A DNA stretch of 39,712 nucleotides from an uncultured Clostridia bacterium (GTDB lineage: Bacteria > Bacillota > Clostridia > Christensenellales > Pumilibacteraceae), in assembly GCA_947385185.1 (NCBI GenBank), contig CANDJX010000001.1:1-39712 (forward strand). The letters run 5' to 3'. Below, in pieces: positions 1 to 9,791 of the stretch. The notes below the pieces were generated by a model. It saw nothing but the letters and a program-made list of their open reading frames with translations. It was not told the origin of the DNA and ran no database searches. The position numbers were made by a program, and so were the translations under genes. How positions within the stretch are numbered: position 1 is the first letter of the stretch; every line of letters begins with the position of its first letter.

Positions 1-47
1 CTACACTGACAAGCACACTCTTTCCCTACACGACGCTCTTCCGATCT
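1..47 (+). other. Illumina P5/TruSeq adapter remnant (non-biological sequence)
   Basis: Bases 1-6 CTACAC match the end of P5 (..GATCTACAC). Bases 7-14 TGACAAGC sit where the 8-nt i5 index goes. Bases 15-47 ACACTCTTTCCCTACACGACGCTCTTCCGATCT are the exact 33-nt TruSeq read-1 primer site. Confidence 0.93.
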
Positions 48-1145
48 CGCGACAGCGCCTGCGCCGACGCTTATTATCATGCACTTTTCCCGATCCGCCA
101 CAAGACAAACCCTTGACCCGAGAAGATAACCGATAGGCGATATCAACAAAACACCCGAAAGTATGCGTAAAACGTATGCTGAATTTATATATACGTCTCC
201 GTAAATCGCACATACCGCAAAATCCGCAACAAACTGAATGCCTATAATCATCGGAACGGCAACGAGCACGATTATTTTGAGCGTTTTCGTCAAAAGCCTG
301 TTGAATTCTTCGAAATTGTTTTCTTTATAACAATAAGAAATTCTCGGGACGATAACCATAGTAAACGTATTTACGATCTGAAGCAATATTCTGTTGATTT
401 TACTCCCATAAGAATAAAACGCAACATTCGAATCCTGACAGAATATTCCAAGCATCGTTGTGTCTACCAGCGTATATATTTCTATCGCGAGATTAACGGC
501 AACAAGCATAAATATCGGCTTCATATGTTGCCTGAAGCTTAATCCGTGCATGGTGAACTTTACGAATTTTTTTGCATGCAGAACGTTCAGAATATAATTT
601 CCCGCCGTACCGATAACCGTAACGGCGGCATATATCAAATAGTCTTCCGTCCCTCGAACGAATATTACCAACAATACAAACGACAACAGTTTGAAAACAA
701 TATTCCTGATCGATATAAAAGAAAATTCTTCGAGTCCCTCATATAGCCAGGAATTATTTAACGCATTCAACGCTATCGCTCCGCCCGTAATGAGATATAA
801 CGGATAGTTTTCGCGAAAAGAAGGGACGGAAAAAATAAGAACGATATATGCGGATAAGAAAAATATCGTGGAAATAAAATTGATTATGCACAATTCGGAA
901 TAAATTTTACTGAGTTTTCCGTAACTGTTGCGAACCTTCGCTATTTCTCGCAAACCGTAAGTCGGAATTCCGAGAAATGCGAATATTACAAAATACGAAG
1001 CTATATTCTGCGCATATGCAACTTGACCGATAACGTCGGGTAACAATACCCTTGCGACATATATTCCCGTTATAAACGGAAACAATACGTTCAGCACGTT
1101 ATAAATCAAATAAAATATACTGTTTTTCGCAAGTGACTTTGCCAT
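48..1145 (-). CDS. wzx: Wzx-type polysaccharide flippase (MOP/Polysacc_synt family), 3' end truncated by contig end/adapter
   Basis: Hand translation from ATG at 1145-1143 gives MAKSLAKNSIFYLIYNVLNVLFPFITGIYVARVLLPDVIGQVAYAQNIASYFVIFAFLGIPTYGLREIAK... It stays open to the contig edge, is multi-TM throughout, and is preceded by in-frame TAA TAG. It is not in the supplied ORF track. The last 16 codons of the open frame (1-47) read through adapter. Confidence 0.75.
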
Positions 1146-1255
1146 GACCTATTATAATCTTCTTTTTCCGTTTTTTCTCTAATCTCCCCGCGGTTTGTAT
1201 ACTCAATCGAAACATTCATAAATTTATTTCACAATCGATATTTCGTAATATTAAT

Positions 1256-2473
1256 CTACAATAAAAGCTTTTTTGCGCAAAAATTATTTCTTCCGCCGCC
1301 CGGCTTATAACTCGCGGCTCTCTTGAAAAATACGGGAACGCACGAATAAACCAATGCAAAAGTATATCCCGATAAAATAAACATATTATCGAAAAACATC
1401 AAAAGCAATATGCAACATAAAATCGAATTCGAAACAATAAATAATTCGCTTCTTTTCTCGGTAAGTTTTCCGACAAAAAACACCAATGCCGCCAAACAAA
1501 TCAAAAGAAAAAACATTCCGCCGAAGCCGCCGTATTTATAAACGCCGGCAAAACCGGTACATACCGTAAGCAAGGGCTGTGCGAGAGCGAAGGAAGTGTC
1601 AACCGACGGAAAAATCCTTTTCGAAACGGCATCGGGAAAGATAAAATATAAAAAACCTTCGAGATTATATGTCGGAGCGACATTCAGAACCTGATCGTTA
1701 AGATTCCCCAAAGGCGATACTATATAAACGTACGCCCAACTGAATTCCTTCGGTATAAAAGCCGGGAATTTACTAATATCAATATGCGCAACGCCGATTA
1801 TATAAGAACTGTCGTCCCAATGCGCTCCGCTTCGGATATTGCCGAACACGCCGAATCCCCAAAGAACAAAAATGCCAAACAAAACTACTATTACGAAATA
1901 TCTGATCTTAAGCTTTTTGAACGCCGACAATTTCATCAGCGTACACATGATGATAACGTTCAATAAAACAGCTCTGTTATATAAAGTTATCAGAAAAAGA
2001 CAGACAAACAAGCTGAGCAAAAGAAATTGCCGTCGCTGTTTTCTTTCCTTTTCATAAATAAAACAATAGAAAAAGTAAACTACGGCAAATTCGGCAAAAG
2101 TAACCAAAAAAACATGAAACGTAGGTATCCCGATAAAATCTTTATAAGTGAAAACCGAACCGGTAAGCTCGTCGATAATGGGAACGTGTCCTTCGTACAG
2201 AAATTCCGCCATAAAACCGACGATTATTATGATCGTCATCCATCTTATCAGCTTTTTTGAAGGTCTATGAAAATTTATTTTATGTCTTTTCAATATTTTC
2301 GAATATAATCGGCCGAATACGAACGAAGAACAAATCGCAATAATCAAAAACAATAATAATTGACCGTCCAAAGCGCTGTATAAAGTAGTCCATTGTAATT
2401 GAAATAATATCAATACAATAAACCAAACAAATGAAAACCAATAAAAAGGATTTAGAAATATGTGTTTATACAC
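1256..2473 (-). CDS. Wzy/EpsG-like oligosaccharide repeat-unit polymerase (polytopic membrane protein)
   Basis: 405-aa ORF, very hydrophobic with about 10 predicted TM stretches. It sits between the flippase and the glycosyltransferases. GTG start at 2473 with GAGG 7 nt upstream. AT-rich like its neighbours. Confidence 0.6.
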   Translation of the reverse strand: MYKHIFLNPFYWFSFVWFIVLILFQLQWTTLYSALDGQLLLFLIIAICSSFVFGRLYSKILKRHKINFHRPSKKLIRWMTIIIIVGFMAEFLYEGHVPIIDELTGSVFTYKDFIGIPTFHVFLVTFAEFAVVYFFYCFIYEKERKQRRQFLLLSLFVCLFLITLYNRAVLLNVIIMCTLMKLSAFKKLKIRYFVIVVLFGIFVLWGFGVFGNIRSGAHWDDSSYIIGVAHIDISKFPAFIPKEFSWAYVYIVSPLGNLNDQVLNVAPTYNLEGFLYFIFPDAVSKRIFPSVDTSFALAQPLLTVCTGFAGVYKYGGFGGMFFLLICLAALVFFVGKLTEKRSELFIVSNSILCCILLLMFFDNMFILSGYTFALVYSCVPVFFKRAASYKPGGGRNNFCAKKLLL

Positions 2474-2489
2474 GCTTGCCTCGTTACAA

Positions 2490-3398
2490 TTACAATTTAT
2501 TGAAAATTATCTTGAGTTTCAATATGAAATTATGTTTGCGCTTTTTATGCTTTTTTCCAAAACAAAGCTTTCGTTTATACTTGAACTTTTTTTTATAATC
2601 GCGCAAATAGATTAAGTCATTATAATAATCCCGATCTATTTCGTCACCGTATCCTTCAATAAGCTGTTCGGCGAGCTTTGATTGCCCGCCTTTATACCCG
2701 AAAAATTTTTTTATATTTCCGAGCGTCCATTTTTTCTTGTTTGATCCGATTTGATTCGTTCCGTGCTGTCGGTATAAAATATACGCATTCCTATCGTAAA
2801 CGTAATTTGCCGTATACGCGGCTATCAAAAAAAGCCAATAATCGTGAAGTCTGATCCCTTGCGGATAATATTTCTGTGCATGCACCTTAAACGTTCTGTC
2901 GAAAACCACCGTACAACCGGTCGCGATATTCTCGAACATAAAATTATTCTTATTGCATTTCTCGATACTTTCGTCCTCTTGCATTCTTATTCGTTCAAGC
3001 TTTTCGTTCACTACATATAAGTTCGAGCAATACAGTATCCCGTTCGGATTATCCATTTGCTTGTTTTCGATAATTTCAACGGCTTTATATAACTTTTCGG
3101 GCAACCAGACGTCGTCCTGATCGCTAAACGCATAATAATCATAATCGTCGTCTTCTACGGAAAAAAATAAGTCAAGAAAATTATATGTAAAATTTTTGTT
3201 TGTATCATTGACGGAAAATTCGAAATTATCATACTTATTTTTATATTCGCTCAAAATTTCCGGCGTCGTATCCGTGGAGCAGTCATCGGAAACTTTTACG
3301 AAAACGTCGACTCCCTTCTGTGACAAAATACTATCCAGCTGTTCTCTCAGATACTTTTCTCCGTTATATGTTCCGACCATTACCAAACATTTTTTCAT
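2490..3398 (-). CDS. Family 2 glycosyltransferase (rhamnosyltransferase-like)
   Basis: N-terminus MKKCLVMVGTYNGEKYLREQLDSILSQ...VSDDCSTD and a later SDQDD motif are typical of GT-A/GT2 enzymes in O-antigen/CPS loci. Confidence 0.75.
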   Translation of the reverse strand: MKKCLVMVGTYNGEKYLREQLDSILSQKGVDVFVKVSDDCSTDTTPEILSEYKNKYDNFEFSVNDTNKNFTYNFLDLFFSVEDDDYDYYAFSDQDDVWLPEKLYKAVEIIENKQMDNPNGILYCSNLYVVNEKLERIRMQEDESIEKCNKNNFMFENIATGCTVVFDRTFKVHAQKYYPQGIRLHDYWLFLIAAYTANYVYDRNAYILYRQHGTNQIGSNKKKWTLGNIKKFFGYKGGQSKLAEQLIEGYGDEIDRDYYNDLIYLRDYKKKFKYKRKLCFGKKHKKRKHNFILKLKIIFNKL

Positions 3399-3399
3399 A

Positions 3400-4263
3400 T
3401 TACGCGTTCTCTTTCTTTCCTTTTCTCATCCCCAAATATCTTGCCGTCATATCGGGCAACCATCTGAAAATTACGGGAATATTAAAACCTTTTAATGCCT
3501 GACCCAATACATAAAATGCAAGTTTCATCCCGGTATCCGTCGTTTTATAACCGTCGAATTCGGGGTGTTCCGCAAACCATTTGCCCGTCGCGTAATACCG
3601 CTTATACAACTGCCTAAGCGTAAATTTATGCGAATGCTCCACAACCGCCGTTGCGACGTAAGCCTTTTTGTATCCGGCTTCGATTATTTTTTTCGCATAA
3701 TACATATCTTCGCTCATCATCATAGGAATATCGTCGTATCCGTTCAATTCGATGAACGTCGGTCTGTAATATGCCGCAAACGCGTCCGACGCGAAAAAGG
3801 CTTTTAACTGCAATTCTTCAATATCTTCCGCCGAAACGTCAAATGATTCATTTCCGTAATTCTTTTTCCTTACGTAATATTCGATATTCTTTTTTTTACA
3901 GATCTGCCGACCGTAAGCATAAACGACTTCTTCGTTTATTGCCGACGCCAATTCGAATATCGCCCGACTGTCGAAAAGTATAACGTCCTGCGAGAGCATA
4001 ATCACTATATCGTTTTTGCAACGCTTTCGCATAGCATACGATCGCGTCAGAGAGTGCGAAAACTCATCGAGCATTACGGTAAAATACGTATATCCCGCTT
4101 CGGTTATTTTTTTCTTGACTTCCGAAGTATCCCCGTCTTCCGTAATCGCAAAAACAACCGTTCCGAAATTAACTTTTTCCTGCGTTCTTAACCCTTCGAA
4201 CAATGAATCAATATACTTGTCTGCACGATGAAGGGGACAGACGATGTCAACCGTAATATCCAT
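3400..4263 (-). CDS. GT2-like glycosyltransferase
   Basis: The ORF is 3400-4296. I prefer the ATG at 4263 (MDITVDIVCPLHRADKYIDSLFEGLRTQ...) because it overlaps the rfbC stop as TAATG, suggesting translational coupling. SQDVILFD resembles a GT-A DxD region. Confidence 0.6.
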   Translation of the reverse strand: MDITVDIVCPLHRADKYIDSLFEGLRTQEKVNFGTVVFAITEDGDTSEVKKKITEAGYTYFTVMLDEFSHSLTRSYAMRKRCKNDIVIMLSQDVILFDSRAIFELASAINEEVVYAYGRQICKKKNIEYYVRKKNYGNESFDVSAEDIEELQLKAFFASDAFAAYYRPTFIELNGYDDIPMMMSEDMYYAKKIIEAGYKKAYVATAVVEHSHKFTLRQLYKRYYATGKWFAEHPEFDGYKTTDTGMKLAFYVLGQALKGFNIPVIFRWLPDMTARYLGMRKGKKENA

Positions 4264-4862
4264 TAAAACGTAAACGTATCCTTTATTCCCGACCACTTGC
4301 GGTCTTTATCCGAAAGTATGAGAGAGCTGCCGCCGGGCATCGTATAACCGTCCGCAGATGCAGTGCCGTTATATTTACCGATCACGCCCCAATCGATACC
4401 TATTTCCGGATCGTTCCAGGCAAGACCGCCTTCGTCGCCCGGATGATAAAAATCGGTCACCTTATAACAGAACTCGGCGACGTCGCTGAGCACAAGAAAC
4501 CCGTGCGCAAAACCTTCGGAAATATAAAATTGTTTTTTATTTTCCTCTGTGAGCTCGACTCCGTACCACTTACCGAACGTAACGCTGTTTTTTCGCAGAT
4601 CGACGGCAACGTCGAAAACGCGTCCCTTGATGACACGTACGAGTTTCCCCTGCGGATATTCTTTCTGAAAATGCAAGCCGCGGAGTACTCCCTTAACGGA
4701 CATACTCTGATTATCCTGCACGAAATTCATATTAAGTCCGCATTCTTCCATATCGCGTTTGTTATACGTTTCCATGAAATAACCGCGACTATCGCCGTGT
4801 ACGGCGGGTTCGATTATATAAAGCCCTTCTATCGGGCATTTTTCCACTTTAATCTGTCCCAT
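4263..4862 (-). CDS. rfbC: dTDP-4-dehydrorhamnose 3,5-epimerase
   Basis: GLYIIEPAVHGDSRGYFMETY, LRGLHFQ and GFAHGFLVLSD are RmlC cupin signatures. Confidence 0.93.
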   Translation of the reverse strand: MGQIKVEKCPIEGLYIIEPAVHGDSRGYFMETYNKRDMEECGLNMNFVQDNQSMSVKGVLRGLHFQKEYPQGKLVRVIKGRVFDVAVDLRKNSVTFGKWYGVELTEENKKQFYISEGFAHGFLVLSDVAEFCYKVTDFYHPGDEGGLAWNDPEIGIDWGVIGKYNGTASADGYTMPGGSSLILSDKDRKWSGIKDTFTF

Positions 4863-5724
4863 TTGTTACTCCCAACGCAATCAAATATCTTTTCAACGCG
4901 TCTTTCCATTCCGGCAGAGGTCTGAACCCGTTCTCTGTAAGCTTGCTCTTGTCCAGCCTGCTGTTAAACGGCCGAGCCGCTTTGGATATGCCGTATTCGG
5001 CGGTCGTTACGGGCACGACTTCGGCGGCATAACCTGCCTGCCTGAAAATTTCTTTCGTAAACTCATACCAGCTTATATAGCCGCCCTCGTTCGTAGCGTG
5101 ATAATACCCGTACTTATCGCTTTCCGCCATATCGACGAGAAGCCTTGCCAGATCGTAAGTATAAGTCGGAGTCCCGATCTGATCGCAGACGACGCGGACG
5201 GAATCATGCGTTTTTCCGACGTTCAGCATGGTCTTTATAAAATTCTTGCCGTTCAGCCCGAACGCCCATGCAATACGAACTATGAAATATTTTTCGAGCG
5301 TTCCCGACACGGCGAGTTCTCCCTCGAGTTTGGATTTCCCGTACACGCTGAGCGGTCCGTAATCCTTGCAGTCCGCTTTCCACGGTTCGGTCCCCTGCCC
5401 GTCGAATACGTAATCGGTGGAGATATAAATCATTTTCGAGCCCGACTTTTTACACTCGTCCGCGATATTTTTCGTCCCGCCCGCATTGATCGCGTAAACT
5501 TTCGGAACGTTTTCGGGGTCTTCGGCCGCGTCTACGGCAGTCCACGCGGCGCAATGGACGACGACCTGCGGATTGACCTCCGCAAAAGTCCGTTTTACGC
5601 TTTCGGCGTCGGTAATATCCATTTCTTCGATATCGACGCCTACCGCTTCGTGTCCGCGTTTATTCAATTCGTTTACGACGTCGTGACCGAGTTGCCCTCT
5701 GACGCCGGTTACCAAAACTTTCAT
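4849..5724 (-). CDS. rfbD: dTDP-4-dehydrorhamnose reductase
   Basis: MKVLVTGVRGQLG Rossmann N-terminus, YGKSKLEGE (YxxxK), and its position in the rfb block. Confidence 0.92.
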   Translation of the reverse strand: MKVLVTGVRGQLGHDVVNELNKRGHEAVGVDIEEMDITDAESVKRTFAEVNPQVVVHCAAWTAVDAAEDPENVPKVYAINAGGTKNIADECKKSGSKMIYISTDYVFDGQGTEPWKADCKDYGPLSVYGKSKLEGELAVSGTLEKYFIVRIAWAFGLNGKNFIKTMLNVGKTHDSVRVVCDQIGTPTYTYDLARLLVDMAESDKYGYYHATNEGGYISWYEFTKEIFRQAGYAAEVVPVTTAEYGISKAARPFNSRLDKSKLTENGFRPLPEWKDALKRYLIALGVTNGTD

Positions 5725-6743
5725 TTACGATTCCCGTACATTTTTTCATAGTAATCGCGGTATTCGCCCGAAACTATGGGTTCCCACCACGACTTGTTTT
5801 CAAGATACCATTCGATCGTTTTTTTAATGCCGTCCGCGAATTTCGTTTCGGGCAGCCAACCGAGCTCGTCATGTATCTTCGTCGGATCGATCGCATAGCG
5901 CATATCGTGTCCCTTTCTGTCCGTAACGTACGTAATAAGACTTTCCGGCTTACCGAGCGCGCGACAGATCATTCTGACGATATCGATATTCTTCATTTCG
6001 TTATGCCCGCCGACGTTGTATACCTCGCCCGCTCTGCCTTTGTGAATGATGAGATCGATAGCCTTGCAATGGTCTTCGACGTACAGCCAGTCGCGCACGT
6101 TTTCCCCCTTGCCGTAAACGGGCAACGGCTTATCCGCAAGAGCGTTTGCGATCATGAGCGGAATAAGTTTTTCGGGGAAATGATACGGACCGTAATTGTT
6201 CGAGCACCGCGAAATCGTCACGGGCAGACCGTACGTCCTGTAATACGCGAGAACGAGTAAGTCCGCGCTCGCTTTCGACGAACTGTACGGACTGCTTGTG
6301 TGCAACGGAGTTTGTTCGGTAAAAAACAAATCGGGGCGGTCGAGCGGCAGATCGCCGTAAACCTCGTCTGTCGACACCTGATGATACCGCGTTATACCGA
6401 ACTTACGGCAAGCGTCCATAAGGGTAGCCGTACCTATAATATTGGTCTGAAGGAATATCCCGGGGTCTTCGATAGAGCGATCGACATGGCTTTCCGCCGC
6501 GAAATTCACGACTATGTCCGGCTTTTCCTCTTCAAAAAGTTTATATACAGCCGCCCGGTCGCAGATGTCCGCTCTGACGAAACGGAATTTCGGGTTGTCC
6601 ATAACGGGGGCAAGCGTCGAAAGATTGCCCGCATAAGTCAGCTTATCCAGACAGACTATACGGTAATCCGGATATTTTTTCAGCATATGGAATACGAAAT
6701 TGCTTCCTATAAATCCGGCGCCGCCGGTCACTATAATTGTCAT
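5721..6743 (-). CDS. rfbB: dTDP-glucose 4,6-dehydratase
   Basis: IIVTGGAGFIGSNF, STDEVYG and YSSSKASAD motifs. 340 aa. Confidence 0.95.
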   Translation of the reverse strand: MTIIVTGGAGFIGSNFVFHMLKKYPDYRIVCLDKLTYAGNLSTLAPVMDNPKFRFVRADICDRAAVYKLFEEEKPDIVVNFAAESHVDRSIEDPGIFLQTNIIGTATLMDACRKFGITRYHQVSTDEVYGDLPLDRPDLFFTEQTPLHTSSPYSSSKASADLLVLAYYRTYGLPVTISRCSNNYGPYHFPEKLIPLMIANALADKPLPVYGKGENVRDWLYVEDHCKAIDLIIHKGRAGEVYNVGGHNEMKNIDIVRMICRALGKPESLITYVTDRKGHDMRYAIDPTKIHDELGWLPETKFADGIKKTIEWYLENKSWWEPIVSGEYRDYYEKMYGNRK

Positions 6744-6759
6744 TCGGTTCTCCTTGAGC

Positions 6760-7656
6760 TTAATACAATCCGTCGAGGAATTTGCCGTCGATTACGTCTT
6801 TGAGGTATTGTCCGTATTGGTTTTTCGCCATGGACTCGCAAAGTTTCAGTACTTGTTCTTTCGTTATCCACCCGTTAAGATACGCTATCTCTTCGAGACA
6901 GGCAACTTTACGGTGTTGATGCGATTCGACCGTCTTTATGAAGTTGGTCGCGTCGACAAGACTTTCGTGCGTGCCGGTATCGAGCCAAGTAAATCCCTGT
7001 CCGAGAATTTCGACGTGAAGTCTGCCCTGTCCGAGATAGATTTTGTTCAGATCCGTGATTTCGTATTCGCCGCGCTCGGACGGTTTGAGTGCCTTTGCAT
7101 ACTCGACGACTTTGTTATCATAGAAATACAGCCCCGTCACGCAATAATTGCTTTTGGGATTTTTCGGCTTTTCGCGAAGCGTCGTAGCCTTACCCGTTTC
7201 GTCGAACTCGACGATACCGAACCGTTCCGGATCGTCGACGTAATATCCGAATACCGTCGCGCCCTCGCCGCGCCTTGCCGTATCTACGGCTTTGCGAAGT
7301 CTTTTGTTCAGTCCGTGTCCCGCGAAAATATTATCCCCGAGCACCATCGCGACGTTATCGTTACCGATAAATTCTTCGCCGATGACGAACGCCTGCGCCA
7401 GCCCGTTCGGTTCTTCCTGTACCTCGTAACTGAGTCTCAGCCCGAGTTCTTTTCCGTCGTGGAACAGCTTTTCGAAACGCGGGGTGTCCTCCGGAGTGGA
7501 AATAATTAAAATTTCCCGTATGCCCGCGTTCATAAGGACGGACATCGGGTAATAGATCATCGGTTTGTCGTAAATCGGCAACAGCTGTTTGCTGGTCACC
7601 CTCGTCAGCGGATACAACCTCGTACCCGAGCCGCCTGCCAGAATAATGCCCTTCAT
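6760..7656 (-). CDS. rfbA: glucose-1-phosphate thymidylyltransferase
   Basis: [18 protein letters not shown]...[16 protein letters not shown] is the canonical RmlA N-terminus. Confidence 0.95.
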   Translation of the reverse strand: MKGIILAGGSGTRLYPLTRVTSKQLLPIYDKPMIYYPMSVLMNAGIREILIISTPEDTPRFEKLFHDGKELGLRLSYEVQEEPNGLAQAFVIGEEFIGNDNVAMVLGDNIFAGHGLNKRLRKAVDTARRGEGATVFGYYVDDPERFGIVEFDETGKATTLREKPKNPKSNYCVTGLYFYDNKVVEYAKALKPSERGEYEITDLNKIYLGQGRLHVEILGQGFTWLDTGTHESLVDATNFIKTVESHQHRKVACLEEIAYLNGWITKEQVLKLCESMAKNQYGQYLKDVIDGKFLDGLY

Positions 7657-7670
7657 TCGTAAACTCCTTG

Positions 7671-8771
7671 TTACTTCGCGCCCTTATGTCTGACGACACC
7701 GGCTATTGTTTTGAAAACGATTTTTATATCCAACCAGATCGAGCAGTGATCTACGTAATACAACTCCATTTTCTGACGTTCGCCGCTGTCGTATGTACAG
7801 TTGCTGCGCCCGTTCGCCGCCCACCAGCCGATCATGCCCGGCTTGACGGACAAAAGCTTATCCGCATACGCGCCGTATTTTTCTTCCACTTCTTCGCGCA
7901 TAAGCGGTCTCGGTCCTATAACCGAAATTCTGCCCGTGAAGATCGCCCATATGTTCGGAAGCTCGTCAAGGCTTGATTTGCGCAAAAATTTACCGACTTT
8001 CGTTATCCTCGGGTCGTTGTCTATTTTGTATTCGCGCTTGTATTGCTCAAGCTGTTCGGGCGTAAGCATATCCTCGAGTTTGTCCGCGTTCTTTTTCATA
8101 CTGCGAAATTTCGGGATATAAATATCCTTGCCTTTCTTGCCCACCCGCTTATGCCTGTAAAAAACCGTACCGCCGTCGCTGCATTTAACGACAACGGCGA
8201 GAATAAGATACAACCAGGAAAAAACGATCAGAAACAATCCCGACGAAACTATATCAAATGTCCTTTTCGTGAAAAGGTAACACCCGTATGCGAATTTATT
8301 GCGCTTTCTCGGTGTCAGAGAAATTTCTGCCGGAATAACCGCGGGCGTATCGTCCTCGATAATTTCGGCTTCGAGAATTTCGTCCTCGCCGAATACTGCG
8401 GAATCGACATATTCCGTTTCCGAAACACTTTCGGTTTCGTTCGTCGCAGACAACGCGGTTCCGGGCGTTACCGGTTCATCGGTAATTTCGCTCGTCGCGG
8501 ATTCGGACTCTGCGTCGGTTGCAGGTGCGAACGAAAGAAATTCCGTTCCGCTTTCGGTCGCCTCTCTTTCGGTCTCATCGGCGAAGCGGCTTTCGGGCGT
8601 TGCCGATTCGCGAGCTTCCGTTTCGTCGGCGGCGATTTCGCTCGTCGGAACGTCCGCGTCAGGCGCCGATTCTATCGACGGTATGCAAAAATCCGCGGGT
8701 TCGCCCCCGACTGCGTCTTCCGTCGCAACGGACTCGACTTCATTGTCAGCAATACCGATATTTTTTTCCAT
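7671..8771 (-). CDS. Initiating phosphoglycosyl (bacterial sugar) transferase with a long acidic N-terminal extension
   Basis: The C-terminal ~200 aa ([17 protein letters not shown]...[22 protein letters not shown]...) match the Bac_transf/PglC-WbaP catalytic domain. I prefer the ATG at 8771 (MEKNIG, GGAG upstream), because the track start at 8891 lies inside the promoter -10/TSS. Confidence 0.8.
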   Translation of the reverse strand: MEKNIGIADNEVESVATEDAVGGEPADFCIPSIESAPDADVPTSEIAADETEARESATPESRFADETEREATESGTEFLSFAPATDAESESATSEITDEPVTPGTALSATNETESVSETEYVDSAVFGEDEILEAEIIEDDTPAVIPAEISLTPRKRNKFAYGCYLFTKRTFDIVSSGLFLIVFSWLYLILAVVVKCSDGGTVFYRHKRVGKKGKDIYIPKFRSMKKNADKLEDMLTPEQLEQYKREYKIDNDPRITKVGKFLRKSSLDELPNIWAIFTGRISVIGPRPLMREEVEEKYGAYADKLLSVKPGMIGWWAANGRSNCTYDSGERQKMELYYVDHCSIWLDIKIVFKTIAGVVRHKGAK

Positions 8772-8895
8772 TACCTGCTTGTCGCTCCGAACTTTTCTCC
8801 CGCCGTCTGCGCCGCGCCGATATTTATAAGGCTTGCCAAACCGAATAAAAACAGCGCAAACAGGCGCACACCGCCTTGTATACAATAGCATTTTA

Positions 8896-8924
8896 ATTAT
8901 AACAAAAGAGTATGTTTAAGTCAA
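8896..8924 (-). promoter_or_regulatory. sigma-A type promoter of the polysaccharide operon
   Basis: The minus strand reads TTGACT (8924-8919), a 17-nt spacer, then TATAAT (8901-8896). Confidence 0.6.
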
Positions 8925-9245
8925 GCACGGAACAGTAATATTATTGTGTCACTTCCTGTCACCAACTTATCATAAAGCAACAAATATCTTATTATTCACG
9001 CCCGTCGAGGATGAAAAATCCGCTCGGGCGACGACTCCGAGGTCCGGAAATTGCTCATCTGCGGCGCGGCATACTCCGAAAAACGCAAAAAACGCCGAAA
9101 TAACGGGCAAACTCCCGTCTTAAAAAAATTTTTTCGGTTTTTTGAAAATTCATGACACTTTTTGCCCTTCAAATCCGTCTATATATATGGAGGGGGTAAA
9201 GCCGAAAACGCAAACGATAAAGCCTGCGGAGGAAAACAAATCCAT

Positions 9246-9623
9246 ATGGAAGAAGATTCCAAAACAATAAATCCAAAATTCAGAAAGGGCAAAATTTTCG
9301 GCAACGAAACGTATTTCGCGGACGTCGAGAAACGTATGCGTCGGGCGGTGAATGGCAAAGACATCCCGAAATACGCGCACGATTACAAAGCGCTTCTGAA
9401 TACGTACATATATTGGAAAGCGTACGACGCAATGAACGCTACGTCCATGGCGCGCAATTTCAACGCGATGTATATGTCTGAGGAAAATTTCTCGAAAACC
9501 GTATACGATTTCACAGAGGAGCTGTCGATCGGCGAAACGACGTTGCTCAGACACCGCCGTTTATACGCAAAGACTTTTGAATATTTCGCAAGCTTGCACG
9601 ACGGGTTCGACTTCGGAACGTAA
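9246..9623 (+). CDS. Small hypothetical protein with a C-terminal HTH-like segment
   Basis: GGAGG at 9228-9232 precedes the ATG at 9246 (MEEDSKTINPKF...). The C-terminal LSIGETTLLRHRRLYAKTF looks like a helix-turn-helix. I recognise no family. Confidence 0.45.
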   Translation: MEEDSKTINPKFRKGKIFGNETYFADVEKRMRRAVNGKDIPKYAHDYKALLNTYIYWKAYDAMNATSMARNFNAMYMSEENFSKTVYDFTEELSIGETTLLRHRRLYAKTFEYFASLHDGFDFGT

Positions 9624-9745
9624 TCCGTAAAGCGGCGGGATCCGTGCCGCAAAACCCTGTTCGCGACTGAAGCCAAAAGCGACTGCGACGCAACGTTTCG
9701 CCCGCCCGTAAAGTGAAAACAGCCGCTATGCATAAACTTAAAAAT

Positions 9746-9767
9746 CCCGACGCTTGTCGGGGTTTTT
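9746..9767. terminator. Bidirectional rho-independent terminator
   Basis: CCCGAC-GCTT-GTCGGG hairpin with an A-run upstream and a T-run downstream. It lies between the convergent 9246-9623 (+) and 9792-10505 (-) genes. Confidence 0.7.
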
Positions 9768-9791
9768 AAGCATTATGAGTTTTATCAAAGC

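Noticed and set aside
1-213. Track ORF 1..213 (-), 70 aa
   Set aside because: It is out of frame with the real flippase gene, and its C-terminal third is translated from Illumina adapter.
8043-8888. Plus-strand ORFs (281, 176 and 109 aa) opposite the sugar-transferase N-terminal region
   Set aside because: All frames stay open here because of the biased, low-complexity composition. The products are Arg/Ser/Phe-rich nonsense with no SD.
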